From IMG/VR virus record IMGVR_UViG_3300032330_001719, positions 1 to 54,364 of that record: 54,364 bases of DNA; one strand, given 5' to 3'. The notes below the pieces were generated by a model. The model searched no databases, was not told where the DNA came from, and saw nothing but the letters and a program-made list of their open reading frames with translations. A program made the translations under genes and the position numbers. Origin of the DNA: a virus (taxonomy: Duplodnaviria > Caudoviricetes). Below are positions 26,730 through 36,941 of this stretch, one piece after another. Position 1 is the first letter of the stretch. Each line of letters opens with the position of its first letter.

Positions 26730-27455
26730 ATGAATTTGAAAATATTAAATCCAACAGAAGTTGGTAAAGGTATATTAGTTGAATACGATGCAGGATATGT
26801 TAACCCTACAGAAAGTCGTAATGTTGAAATCATTAAGGAATCTAAAGGGATGCTTGACCATTCAAAACCATTTGAATTCTATGCGGTTTTACAAAAATAT
26901 AATACCCCAAATAGAAATGGTAGAATATACCCTGAACGTATATTAAAAAGAGAGGCTGAGAATTATAAAAAAATGATTAATAAGGGAATTGCTCTTTCTG
27001 AGTTAAATCACCCGGAATCGTCTTTAATTGATTTAGATAGAGTATCACACGCTATCACCGATGTATGGTGGGAAGGAAATGTATTAATGGGAAAGATTAA
27101 ATTACTTACATCCCCGGGATTCCACGAAAGTGGAGTTTGTTCAACAAAGGGTGATTTAGCTGCAAATTATTTAAGACAAGGTGTTACATTAGGTATCTCA
27201 TCAAGAGGTGTCGGTTCCCTAAAAAAGGTGGGAGAACAAAATGAAGTACAAGATGATTTTGAATTAATTTGTTTTGACTTAGTATCATCACCTTCAACTC
27301 CGGGAGCATACCTTTTTCAAAATCCTGAGGATAGATTCAACTATGAAGAAAACTTAGAAGAGGAAAAACAAATGAAGGTTGAGAGACAAGTTGGTGAAAA
27401 TGGCAACAAATCTCTTGACTTAATGAAAAAATTAAACGATTATTTAGGATATTAA
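26730..27455 (+). CDS. prohead core protease (T4 gp21-like)
   Basis: NRNGRIYP, ELNHP, VSH, GISSRGVGS, FDLVSSPSTPGA. Confidence 0.93.
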   Translation: MNLKILNPTEVGKGILVEYDAGYVNPTESRNVEIIKESKGMLDHSKPFEFYAVLQKYNTPNRNGRIYPERILKREAENYKKMINKGIALSELNHPESSLIDLDRVSHAITDVWWEGNVLMGKIKLLTSPGFHESGVCSTKGDLAANYLRQGVTLGISSRGVGSLKKVGEQNEVQDDFELICFDLVSSPSTPGAYLFQNPEDRFNYEENLEEEKQMKVERQVGENGNKSLDLMKKLNDYLGY

Positions 27456-27471
27456 CTTAAATAAAAAAAAT

Positions 27472-27681
27472 ATGGACGAAAAGTATTTCATTGCAAAAAT
27501 TACGTTAGACTCAGTTGATGAGGCGACAGGAAAGATTAAAAAATTAAGAGAAGAAAAATTAGTTAGTGGTTATAACCCAACCGATGTAGAGGCAAAAGTT
27601 ACCAAAGTTTTTGAAAACTACACTATGGAGTGGAGAATCACTGCGATTGTTGAAAGTAAAATTGATGAAGTGATAGAATAA
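27472..27681 (+). CDS. small hypothetical protein (DUF4494-like)
   Basis: YFIAKI...GKIKKLREEKLV...TDVEAKV pattern; family recalled from memory. Confidence 0.6.
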   Translation: MDEKYFIAKITLDSVDEATGKIKKLREEKLVSGYNPTDVEAKVTKVFENYTMEWRITAIVESKIDEVIE

Positions 27682-27703
27682 GATTTATATTCAATAATTA
27701 ACT

Positions 27704-27730
27704 AAGGAGACAGAAATGTCTCCTTTTTTT
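27704..27730 (+). terminator. intrinsic terminator
   Basis: AAGGAGACA-GAAA-TGTCTCCTTTTTTT. Confidence 0.85.
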
Positions 27731-27848
27731 GTGCTTTTATTTTTTTGGTAATATTTATGATTATAATAAAAACCTGTTATGAAATTAGTAAAAATTAAAC
27801 TTTTTTCATAATGGGAGATATTTATATATTAAAATAACGTAAACAAAA

Positions 27849-29297
27849 ATGGCAAAAGAAAAATCTTTAGTTGAAGAAGCTATCATCCAAATGAAAAATT
27901 TGGAAGAGGCGGTAGCGGAAAACGCAAAAGGAATACTTGCTTCGACAATGTCGCAAGAAATCAAAGAACTAGTAAAGGAATCTCTAACTGAACAAGATGA
28001 CGAGATTGAAACAGACATTGATGTTGAAGAACCGGAAGGTTCAGAAGATATCGCCGATATTGATATGGGTGATGATGAATCTGACGAAGAAGGTGACGAT
28101 ACAGATATGGATAACATTGATATGGATATGGACGACGAAGAAGATATGGACGACGATGATATGGAAGATATGGACGACGATGATATGGACGACGAAGAAG
28201 ATACCATTGACCTTACTGACGTTGACGACGACGAAGAAATTCTAAGAGTTTTTCAATTGATGGGACCGGATGATAATATTGTTGTAACAAAAGACGACAA
28301 AGGAAACACTCACCTAAAAGATGAAGAAACAGGAAAAGAATATATGATTGTTGGAGAAGGCGAAGAAGAAGAAGGTGAAATGTTTGAAGAATGGGACGAA
28401 TCTGAAGAAATGGATGAATCTGAAGAAATGGAAGAATCTATCGAATCTATTGTAGAAAGAATGTTCGGTTCTGACGACGAGGAAGAAGAAGATATGGACG
28501 AAGAAATCGTTTATGAAATCCAAATGGATGAAGAAGACGAAGAAGAAGAAGAAGAAATGGATGAATCTATTTCTGAATCTAAAAAAATGTCAATCAAACC
28601 TAAAGGAGTTGGAATGGGAAGTCCTAAATTCAAATACGATGCAAAACCTAACCAAGGTTCAGGATTCAAAACAAAAATGAAACAAGGTCCTAAAACTATG
28701 GGTACAGGTAAAGCTAAATTTGAATACAAAGAAGGTGAGAACTTAGATGGTAAAACCAAAGAAGTAAAAAAATCACCGGTTAAAAAAGTGGAAACTAAAG
28801 AAGCTGCAAGAACATTAGGAAATGGTTCTAATTTTAGAAAAGGTGGTTTACCAAAACCAAAAGCACACTCTACAGTTAATTCTGCAATCAAAGAAAGTAC
28901 AACTAACAAAGAAGTACAAATTCTTAGAGAGAAAAACGAAGAGTACAGAAAAGCACTTAATATTTTCCGTAATAAATTAAATGAGGTTGCGGTTTTCAAT
29001 TCAAACTTGGCTTACGCTACACGTTTGTTCACTGAACACACAACATCAAAACAAGAAAAAATTAACATTTTAAGAAGATTTGATAGTGTTGAAACTATTA
29101 AAGAATCTAAAAATTTATATCAGTCCCTTAAAAATGAATTATCTGCGGGAACTAAATCTCAACCTATGAACGAATCTCTTGAGAACAAAATCGCTAAAGC
29201 ACCTGCTACAGGTTCAGCGGTTAACTTAATTGAGTCTAAAACATATGAGAATCCACAGTTCTTGAGAATGAAAGATTTAATGGCAAAATTAAAATAA
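27849..29297 (+). CDS. prohead scaffold/core protein
   Basis: Highly acidic D/E/M repeats and coiled-coil C-terminus, between protease and major capsid genes. Confidence 0.8.
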   Translation: MAKEKSLVEEAIIQMKNLEEAVAENAKGILASTMSQEIKELVKESLTEQDDEIETDIDVEEPEGSEDIADIDMGDDESDEEGDDTDMDNIDMDMDDEEDMDDDDMEDMDDDDMDDEEDTIDLTDVDDDEEILRVFQLMGPDDNIVVTKDDKGNTHLKDEETGKEYMIVGEGEEEEGEMFEEWDESEEMDESEEMEESIESIVERMFGSDDEEEEDMDEEIVYEIQMDEEDEEEEEEMDESISESKKMSIKPKGVGMGSPKFKYDAKPNQGSGFKTKMKQGPKTMGTGKAKFEYKEGENLDGKTKEVKKSPVKKVETKEAARTLGNGSNFRKGGLPKPKAHSTVNSAIKESTTNKEVQILREKNEEYRKALNIFRNKLNEVAVFNSNLAYATRLFTEHTTSKQEKINILRRFDSVETIKESKNLYQSLKNELSAGTKSQPMNESLENKIAKAPATGSAVNLIESKTYENPQFLRMKDLMAKLK

Positions 29298-29330
29298 AAA
29301 TAAACTAAAAACAAATAAAAACCAAAAAAA

Positions 29331-31208
29331 ATGGGAGCATTATTAGAATCAGGTCTTGTTGGTAACATTGGGTTAAAACACCTTAAAGTTATTAAAGAAG
29401 ATACTATTAACAAATGGGATAAATTAGGATTCCTAGAAGGTCTTAAAGGACACTTAAAAGAAAACGTAGCTCAATTATATGAGAACCAAGCGTCTTTCTT
29501 AATTAACGAAGCTACTTCAGATGGTTCATCAGGTTCATTCGAAACTGTTGTATTCCCTATCGTAAGAAGAGTTTTCTCTAAATTATTAGCTAACGATATC
29601 GTATCTGTACAAGCTATGAACTTACCAATCGGTAAATTATTTTACTTCATTCCAAAAATCCAAGGATATCAAAGTGGAGACCAAAATATGATTCAAAATC
29701 AAGGTGGTGGTACTCACTACGCACCAATCGGAGCACCAAACGGACCAACTGCGGATGATACTACAGGTGGATATGTTGCACCAAACGCTTACAAGAAAAA
29801 TCTTTATGATTTATTCTACGAAGGAACTGAAGCTGAGTTAGACCCAGCAGGTTTATTCGATTATTCGAAAGGTCAATGGTCATCAGTAACTGCTAACACT
29901 GCTGTTGTTATTTGGCAAGATGGTGAATTAACTACTACAGGTGCTGCAGCAGCTTACTCTAACAAAGTTGTTAGAAAAGTATTACTTCAAATGACAGGTT
30001 TCGCAAACTCAGGTGCAGGTAAATTAATCGGACCTGATGGAAACGAAATGGATACTGAAACTTTCTTATCTGATTTAAGAATTTTCGCTAAAAACACAAC
30101 TCCATTCACAGGAAATTCTTCTTGTTCAGGTGTTACTCACACTGACGCAAATGTTCCAAAATCATTATTGTTCAGAGTTGTAACTCAACAATATGGTAAA
30201 GGTATCGTTCAATACGGTTCAACAACTCAAACTAACTTCGGTAACCAAAACGCTTCATCTCCAATTGGAAATGGTGGTTCTTTCAATGATATCTGTGATG
30301 CTACAGGTACTATCTACTTAGAAGTTGATTTATCTTGTCCGGTATGTGCTACTTGTGGTGGTGATACTTTAGACGGATATACAGGTTCTACAATTGGAAC
30401 TATGGCATCTGATTCATTCACTGCTGTATTCAGAAGATATAAAGAAATGGAATTTGAAGATAAAATCGGTGAGGTTTCTTTCGACTTACAATCTGTAACA
30501 GTTTCTGTAACTGAAAGAAAATTAAGAGCACAATGGTCTCCTGAGTTAGCTCAAGACGTTGCGGCTTTCCACAACATCGATGCTGAAGCTGAATTAACGG
30601 CTTTATTATCTGAACAAGTTGCTGCAGAAATCGACCGTGAAATCTTGAGAGATTTACGTAAAGGTGCGGCTTGGAACTTACGTTGGGATTACAATGGTTG
30701 GAGAAGAGTAAATGGTTTAACAACTTCTTACACTCAAAAAGATTGGAACCAAACGTTGATTACAGCTATCAACCAATTGTCTGCTCAAATCCACAAATCT
30801 ACATTAAGAGGTGGTGCTAACTGGATTGTTGTTTCTTCTGAAGTTTCAGCTATCTTTGACGACTTAGAGTACTTCCACGTATCTAATGCTTCTCCTGAAC
30901 AAGACCAATATAATATGGGTATTGAAAGAGTTGGAACATTAGCAGGACGTTACCAAGTATACCGTGACCCTTATTTCCCAGCTAACCAAGTGTTAATTGG
31001 ACACAAAGGAACATCGTTACTTGATACAGGATACATCTACGCTCCGTATGTACCGTTACAATTAACACCAACAATGTACAACCCATTCAACTTTACACCG
31101 ATTAAAGGTATTATGACCCGTTACGCAAAAAAGATGGTGAATAATAGATTTTACGCGAGAATTACTGTTGATGGTGTAAGAACATTCGATTTAAGAGAAT
31201 TGAGATAA
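29331..31208 (+). CDS. major capsid protein (T4 gp23-like)
   Basis: LYENQ, PIVRRVF, VQAMNLP, RKLRAQWSPELAQD..AFHNIDAEAEL, YAPYVPL, GIMTRY. Confidence 0.96.
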   Translation: MGALLESGLVGNIGLKHLKVIKEDTINKWDKLGFLEGLKGHLKENVAQLYENQASFLINEATSDGSSGSFETVVFPIVRRVFSKLLANDIVSVQAMNLPIGKLFYFIPKIQGYQSGDQNMIQNQGGGTHYAPIGAPNGPTADDTTGGYVAPNAYKKNLYDLFYEGTEAELDPAGLFDYSKGQWSSVTANTAVVIWQDGELTTTGAAAAYSNKVVRKVLLQMTGFANSGAGKLIGPDGNEMDTETFLSDLRIFAKNTTPFTGNSSCSGVTHTDANVPKSLLFRVVTQQYGKGIVQYGSTTQTNFGNQNASSPIGNGGSFNDICDATGTIYLEVDLSCPVCATCGGDTLDGYTGSTIGTMASDSFTAVFRRYKEMEFEDKIGEVSFDLQSVTVSVTERKLRAQWSPELAQDVAAFHNIDAEAELTALLSEQVAAEIDREILRDLRKGAAWNLRWDYNGWRRVNGLTTSYTQKDWNQTLITAINQLSAQIHKSTLRGGANWIVVSSEVSAIFDDLEYFHVSNASPEQDQYNMGIERVGTLAGRYQVYRDPYFPANQVLIGHKGTSLLDTGYIYAPYVPLQLTPTMYNPFNFTPIKGIMTRYAKKMVNNRFYARITVDGVRTFDLRELR

Positions 31209-31227
31209 TCAAAATCTTAAAATAATT

Positions 31228-31257
31228 AAAAAAAAGGGACTATATGTCCCTTTTTTT
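31228..31257 (+). terminator. intrinsic terminator after the major capsid gene
   Basis: AAAGGGAC-TATAT-GTCCCTTTTTTT. Confidence 0.85.
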
Positions 31258-31302
31258 GTTTATATTTGTAAACAATCAATTTTATGATTGTATTTATAAT
31301 AT

Positions 31303-31983
31303 ATGAAAAAAATAATATTAGAAAAATCGGTTATTGATGAAATTTTAAGATTATATAATGAGGAAATGTTAGGTTCCCCATCTATATCTGAAAAATTAAA
31401 TATAACTAGACAAGTAGTGTTACGAACACTAAAAGAAAACGGTGCAGTTATTGGACCTTCAGGTAGAAAATTCAAAGGAGGTAAATCAGAATCGGATAAA
31501 AGACATTATCTAAAAAATAGAGAAAAACGATTAGAATATTTTGCGGAATGGCAAAAAAATAATCAAGAACATCGTAGAGAATACCATAAACAATGGAGGA
31601 CTGAAAATGTTGATAAGTGGAGAAAAACTAAACGTGATTACGAAAAAAATCGTAAAGATTCTGACCCTTTATACAAACTTGTTGCAAACTTTAGAACCGC
31701 TATATGGACAGTACTAAAAGAAAATAACATCACTAAATTCGGACATTACTTTGATATTTTACAATATAGTCCGGAGGAATTGATTGTTCATTTAGAAAAC
31801 CAATTTAAGGATGATATGACGTGGGATAATTACGGTGTATGGCACGTAGACCATAAATTACCTATTACATCATTTGACATACAGGAAATTGGTGATGAGG
31901 AATTTATGAAGTGTTGGTGTTTGGATAACCTTCAACCGATGTGGGGTGAGGAAAATATCCGTAAGTCGAATAAATTATTCTAA
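31303..31983 (+). CDS. HNH endonuclease with an N-terminal HTH
   Basis: WHVDHKLPI...NLQPMWGEENIRKSNK; same family as 4096..4770. Confidence 0.85.
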   Translation: MKKIILEKSVIDEILRLYNEEMLGSPSISEKLNITRQVVLRTLKENGAVIGPSGRKFKGGKSESDKRHYLKNREKRLEYFAEWQKNNQEHRREYHKQWRTENVDKWRKTKRDYEKNRKDSDPLYKLVANFRTAIWTVLKENNITKFGHYFDILQYSPEELIVHLENQFKDDMTWDNYGVWHVDHKLPITSFDIQEIGDEEFMKCWCLDNLQPMWGEENIRKSNKLF

Positions 31984-32013
31984 ATTACAAGATATTTATA
32001 AATAAAATATTTT

Positions 32014-32919
32014 ATGAAAAAATTATATTTCTTAGATGAAGAGGAAAAAAATAGAGTTTTGAGTCTTCACGAGAGTGCTACGAAGAAACAATATTTGGGT
32101 GAGAATAGAGTTGATGATTATTGGAATACATTAGATAAAACTACTCGTGATAAATTTGCGTCAATTAATGGTGGGGCAAGTGGTCCCGGTACCGATGAAG
32201 ATATGATATTAAAAGGTGTTAATTCGTTAACCAATGCTGATTTTGTTAAGTTACAAAATTTATTCAAAACAGTTGGTATGGCAGGTTATAACTCATTTGA
32301 ATCAATGGTTAATGGTGAGTTTGATAAAGATAATTGGGATTATGTTTCACAAATTATTAACAAATTAAAATCTATTGGTGTTAACGCAACTGCAATTAAA
32401 GATAATATTAATGATTATAGAGTTGGGTCTTTTAAGATTTCTGCTCAACCTGCAGCATCTGCGACAACTAATACTCTTAATCCAAAATTTACAGATACGA
32501 CAACAGCTTGTATTAAACAATTTGGTGGTGATATTAAAAATTCCTCAACACCAGGATATTCTTATGTAGATTTAACTGATGGTTCTACTTTATTTTTTAT
32601 GACTAATTATGGTGTAAAATATGAAAATAAAGATAAATCTATAATAGATGGTAACTGGTCTTGTAAAGGTGGTATTTTGAATATTGTTCTAACAGATGGT
32701 TCAACTTGGTCAAAAGCACAAGGTGGTTGGAAAGGTAAAGGTTCAGGTAATCAAACGGCCGTTGTTGACCCTAAGAAAGCGTATCAAGAACGTGCTAAAC
32801 AAGTAAATCAACAAACTACCAATACGACAAAAGAAATCCAAAAATTATTGGGTCAACCTCAAACGGGTAATCTTGATGCGTTGTATGTTGAAAAACTAAT
32901 TGATTTATTAAAACAATAA
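32014..32919 (+). CDS. putative head-packaged protein with an annexin-like repeat
   Basis: EEKNRVLSLHE propeptide; GPGTDEDMILKGVNSL...SFESMVNGEF resembles the annexin GxGTDE repeat. Confidence 0.65.
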   Translation: MKKLYFLDEEEKNRVLSLHESATKKQYLGENRVDDYWNTLDKTTRDKFASINGGASGPGTDEDMILKGVNSLTNADFVKLQNLFKTVGMAGYNSFESMVNGEFDKDNWDYVSQIINKLKSIGVNATAIKDNINDYRVGSFKISAQPAASATTNTLNPKFTDTTTACIKQFGGDIKNSSTPGYSYVDLTDGSTLFFMTNYGVKYENKDKSIIDGNWSCKGGILNIVLTDGSTWSKAQGGWKGKGSGNQTAVVDPKKAYQERAKQVNQQTTNTTKEIQKLLGQPQTGNLDALYVEKLIDLLKQ

Positions 32920-32926
32920 GAAAGAG

Positions 32927-33370
32927 ATGGAAAAAAATATATTAAACGAAATAGAATCAATGAAATACCTTTTGGGGTATAAAAGAGGTGTTGTTATTTC
33001 TGAACAAGATGCTGATAATAGTGTTGACCCAAAACTTACCGCAAGTGTTGAACAACCGGCAACAACGACTCCACCGGTAGCAACAACTCAACCGGCAGCA
33101 ACAACTGATGAAACACCTAACCCAACAATTAAAATGGGTGTTGAAAATCCAAGAGTAAAATATTTACAACAACTATTAAATCAAAAATTTCAATCAGGAT
33201 TGGTTGACGATGGAAAATATGGTCCAAAAACGGCTGATGCAATTTATAAAAATATTGTTGCAATTAGTAAAACTCAACTTAAACCGGTTGAAACTGTTTC
33301 CTCAACACAACAAGTTGTTCAACAACCGGCAGCGGCACCTGTTGCGGCACCTGTACAAATAAAACAATAA
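32927..33370 (+). CDS. peptidoglycan-binding domain protein
   Basis: IKMG....VKYLQQLLN......DGKYGPKT.DAI (PG_binding_1). Confidence 0.8.
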   Translation: MEKNILNEIESMKYLLGYKRGVVISEQDADNSVDPKLTASVEQPATTTPPVATTQPAATTDETPNPTIKMGVENPRVKYLQQLLNQKFQSGLVDDGKYGPKTADAIYKNIVAISKTQLKPVETVSSTQQVVQQPAAAPVAAPVQIKQ

Positions 33371-33371
33371 T

Positions 33372-34505
33372 ATGAACGATTTATTTTTAATTAACGAAGA
33401 AGAAAGAAATAGAATTCTTGGAATGCACGAAACGGCGACTAAGAATCATTATTTATCTGAACAAGGTTTAGATTTGGGACAACCAACTCAACCGGTTGCG
33501 GGTCCTCAAACATTGCAAGATACTTCAGGGACCGTGGTTAAAAAAGGTTTAGAGGGTGACCCCTACGTTTATGCCAAATTAGGAAATGATTTTTATTATG
33601 GTAAAGCATCTGATGGGGATTATCCTAATTGGATTTTGGCGACTAATCCAAATGCAATTAATTCAATTAAAGGTAAAATTTATAACGAGAAAGTTCCTCC
33701 TGTAAATACAGTTAAGGCACCTGTTAAAGGTAAGACAAAGGTACAACCTGTTAAATCTACAACAAAAACAACGACTAAACCAAAAACTTCAACAACAACT
33801 GTTCCGGGTGATGAGAAATTCAAACTTAAACCAAGAACTGACGTTGTTGGTAAAGATAAATTCAAATTAAAACCTGAGGTAAACACAGTTGCAATTGATA
33901 ACACAAGAGTTGGTAATGGTAGAGAGAAAAAAATAACGGATATTAAAAAAGTACTAAATGATTTAGGTCCTTCTAAAAAATCTATTTTACCTCTACATTT
34001 GAGAGCGGTTTGGGATTATATGGTAGGTAGAACTGAACCATTTACTTCTGCGGATTTAACAAGAGAAGAACAAAAATACTTAAAACAAGTTGTACTTGCG
34101 AATCCTAAAAAAGGATTAAACTATGGTGTATGGAAAGCAAACGGTGCAGGAAATTTACCAACGGCAATGGGAACAGGTTCATCGGCTGAATCTGAACGAT
34201 TGAAACAAAAAGGTGGTAGCGGTAGTTTACTTAACCCTGAACTTGGTGGTCAATATATGTATTTTCTTGGTGATGTGGCTCCGTCAAATGTGAAAACATC
34301 TCCTGATAAAAAGACTGTAGTTGTAAATGACAATTATGATATGAATAATACTAAATTACCTAAAGATGAAATACTAAAAGATTTTGCAAAACAAGTTGGT
34401 AGATTTGCCTTAGGTGATGCAACTCTTTATAGTGTTATTAGACGTACTGCAGGTCTTAGAGAACTTACCGGATATAAGGGATACCCGGTTAATCTTACTG
34501 TTTAA
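33372..34505 (+). CDS. putative head-packaged protein with an EERNRILGMH propeptide
   Basis: INEEERNRILGMHETATKNHYLSEQ N-terminus. Confidence 0.7.
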   Translation: MNDLFLINEEERNRILGMHETATKNHYLSEQGLDLGQPTQPVAGPQTLQDTSGTVVKKGLEGDPYVYAKLGNDFYYGKASDGDYPNWILATNPNAINSIKGKIYNEKVPPVNTVKAPVKGKTKVQPVKSTTKTTTKPKTSTTTVPGDEKFKLKPRTDVVGKDKFKLKPEVNTVAIDNTRVGNGREKKITDIKKVLNDLGPSKKSILPLHLRAVWDYMVGRTEPFTSADLTREEQKYLKQVVLANPKKGLNYGVWKANGAGNLPTAMGTGSSAESERLKQKGGSGSLLNPELGGQYMYFLGDVAPSNVKTSPDKKTVVVNDNYDMNNTKLPKDEILKDFAKQVGRFALGDATLYSVIRRTAGLRELTGYKGYPVNLTV

Positions 34506-34833
34506 TCTTTTGTTTTAATTTATAATATTGATACACACATACTGTGAAAAAATAAAAGATTAAAGCGGGTTGTAATATTATAAAAAGAATAATATTAAAT
34601 TCTTCATAAGAATAACCTAATTTATCCGCATAATATTGAATACAATCACAACACCATAGGAATAATCCGTTGGTGTTTTTTTGTTTTAATAACGACCCAA
34701 ATAGCTCTGAATGAGTATATGATTTGTTAATTAAATAATAGTGAGTTCTATGTACCACGTCAGAAGAAAACTTTGACATAGCATAGATTACGATTGTCCA
34801 AAAAATACCTGTGTAAACTAAAAATTTTTTCAT
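34495..34833 (-). CDS. membrane protein
   Basis: Two hydrophobic helices; ATG 34833; minus-strand TATCTTTG at 34852-34859. Confidence 0.7.
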   Translation of the reverse strand: MKKFLVYTGIFWTIVIYAMSKFSSDVVHRTHYYLINKSYTHSELFGSLLKQKNTNGLFLWCCDCIQYYADKLGYSYEEFNIILFIILQPALIFYFFTVCVYQYYKLKQKIKQ

Positions 34834-34866
34834 ATCAATTAATTTAGAATACAAAGATATAAAAAA

Positions 34867-35103
34867 TTATTCTTCTGTACTAATTTTTTCTTCTTTTTTT
34901 GAGATTGTTCTGATTGCTTTAGATATAATCTCTGATTCACCGATTGTATATACCCCTGAGTGGTATGCGTGGGAAACGGCTTGGATTAAATAATAAGCTG
35001 ATTGGTCTTTATCCATTGAATCAATAATTGCATCCAAATGTGATTCATTATAAAGGGGAATTGAGTTAAATAATTTTCCGAATAATTCTTGTTCTTGTTC
35101 CAT
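34867..35103 (-). CDS. hypothetical protein
   Basis: 78-aa ORF. Confidence 0.7.
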   Translation of the reverse strand: MEQEQELFGKLFNSIPLYNESHLDAIIDSMDKDQSAYYLIQAVSHAYHSGVYTIGESEIISKAIRTISKKEEKISTEE

Positions 35104-35132
35104 ATTAAGTTATATTAGATATTTATAATAAT

Positions 35133-36134
35133 ATGAAAAAAATTAAAAAAATACAGATTAACGAGGCAACAGGTGATAGTACCGGTTCAAGAGGTTCTTA
35201 TATTGCTCCATTACAACCGGGGATTAGAGTGTTTAAGAAATCACAGATGGGTCCGTTTACTGAACCTGTATCAAAATATGATAGTCCGGAGTTAGAATTT
35301 GACAGTTATGATGGTTCAATGGATGAAACAAAGAAACAGATTAAGAAGATTGAAGCCAAAGCTGAGAAGGTAACCAATTATATTAAAAAACATCCAAACT
35401 CAACATTTAGTGATGATGATGGTAACAACATCAATCAAACCCCCGGTAAGAAGAAGGGGATAGTTCCTATTGTAACAGAATGGTTTGAGATAACACAAGA
35501 TACCATTTTGGAAGATATTGTCCCAAATGGTCTAAAAACACCCTCAAATTACGATAGGGTAATTGACTCATTCAAAAGTAGAATACCACAAGAGTATCAT
35601 CACAACCTTGATATTATGTTTGATAAGATAAAAGACTTCATCCAAGACCGTGGGTTTAATCTAAAAGTGATTAATGGATGTCAGACAGGTTATAGAGGAG
35701 TTCGTACAAGAGACGCAATCATTTTATGTTCTCCGGAATCAATTCCTAATTTGGCATCGTTTGTTTATGTATTATTTCACGAATTAAAACACGAACAACA
35801 AATGAGTGAGTTTGATTTGGCAGATTCATATATGGGGGATATTGAAGACTTTGAGGAGTTCTATAAAATTTATTGGGGTATGGAAATGGATGCCGATAGA
35901 TATGCTAAAGATTGGGTTAAGAAAATTGGTAATGTTTTAGAATTACCGGATGAGTATTATCAATTAGACCAAATGATAACAAACTATCCTATGATGTCTT
36001 CTATGGTTAAACAGATGATGACACAATTACATAATCAAGTTCAGAAATTAAAAAAAGAAGGTATGTCTTATACCGATATTAGTGATTTGGATGTTGTTAA
36101 ACAACACTTACATAGATTGGAAGATATGTTCTAA
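35133..36134 (+). CDS. protein with a C-terminal zincin-like metallopeptidase motif
   Basis: VLFHELKHEQQ (HExxH) and downstream EMDADRYA; TATTTATA 35120-35127. Confidence 0.7.
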   Translation: MKKIKKIQINEATGDSTGSRGSYIAPLQPGIRVFKKSQMGPFTEPVSKYDSPELEFDSYDGSMDETKKQIKKIEAKAEKVTNYIKKHPNSTFSDDDGNNINQTPGKKKGIVPIVTEWFEITQDTILEDIVPNGLKTPSNYDRVIDSFKSRIPQEYHHNLDIMFDKIKDFIQDRGFNLKVINGCQTGYRGVRTRDAIILCSPESIPNLASFVYVLFHELKHEQQMSEFDLADSYMGDIEDFEEFYKIYWGMEMDADRYAKDWVKKIGNVLELPDEYYQLDQMITNYPMMSSMVKQMMTQLHNQVQKLKKEGMSYTDISDLDVVKQHLHRLEDMF

Positions 36135-36137
36135 AAT

Positions 36138-36170
36138 AAAAAACCCCTTACTTAAACAGTAGGGGTTTTT
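36138..36170. terminator. bidirectional terminator
   Basis: AAAAACCCCT..AGGGGTTTTT between convergent genes. Confidence 0.7.
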
Positions 36171-36592
36171 GATTTAACTAAAATTTTGTTTTTTAGTTTG
36201 GATAATGAATATTCCACTTGGGATTTCATTTGTTCAATACGTTGCATTCTGTTTTGTTGTACTTTGTTATCGTACATATTAACCATCTTTTTCCAATCTC
36301 TATCAGTAAGGGGGATATTACTGTAATAACAAACGTGATTGATTATTGTAATTTTCTTATCATCTAAGACAATGAATACACCTAATTTTTTATTTTCTAT
36401 AATTCTATGTTCGGATAGAGGTGCAATTTCATAAACAGAATTGGTATGTTTAAGAACATTACGGAAAATGAATCTGCAATCATTGATATCGGCTAATCTT
36501 CCCGGGTCAACAACGTCGTACAATATTTGAAACTCTAAAAGTTTCTTTCTAACAGCTCTACGTTTTAATTTTCTTTTTATATACTTTATCAT
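36152..36592 (-). CDS. hypothetical protein
   Basis: 146-aa ORF with minus-strand TATCTTTG at 36613-36620. Confidence 0.7.
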   Translation of the reverse strand: MIKYIKRKLKRRAVRKKLLEFQILYDVVDPGRLADINDCRFIFRNVLKHTNSVYEIAPLSEHRIIENKKLGVFIVLDDKKITIINHVCYYSNIPLTDRDWKKMVNMYDNKVQQNRMQRIEQMKSQVEYSLSKLKNKILVKSKTPTV

Positions 36593-36653
36593 ATCCTTTT
36601 TGAATTATTGGACAAAGATAAATAAAATATTTATATAAAAAAAAATATTTAAT

Positions 36654-36683
36654 AAAAAAAAGAGGGAAAATCCCTCTTTTTTT
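36654..36683 (-). terminator. terminator of the minus-strand structural operon
   Basis: AAAAAAAAGAGGG-AAAAT-CCCTCTTTTTTT. Confidence 0.8.
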
Positions 36684-36699
36684 ATTTATTTGTTAATTC

Positions 36700-36930
36700 T
36701 TAGTTGTTTACACCGTTTACACCACCTAATACAACAGTATTTAGTTGAATTACAGCTTTACCAAACTCGTTGGTATAAACTGCGTGAGGTTGAGGTACTG
36801 AAGTCATTTCACCACCACTATTGGTACAGTCTTTACAACTTTCGTATGCCACACCTGCCTCTAATGGTTCCAATGCCTCAGGGACATCGTTAAATAATAA
36901 TTCCGGATTAATAAATGGGTTTGTTGCCAT
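36700..36930 (-). CDS. small hypothetical virion protein
   Basis: 76 aa with a YESCKDC motif, downstream of the 1703-aa gene. Confidence 0.7.
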   Translation of the reverse strand: MATNPFINPELLFNDVPEALEPLEAGVAYESCKDCTNSGGEMTSVPQPHAVYTNEFGKAVIQLNTVVLGGVNGVNN

Positions 36931-36941
36931 AATCTATTTTT

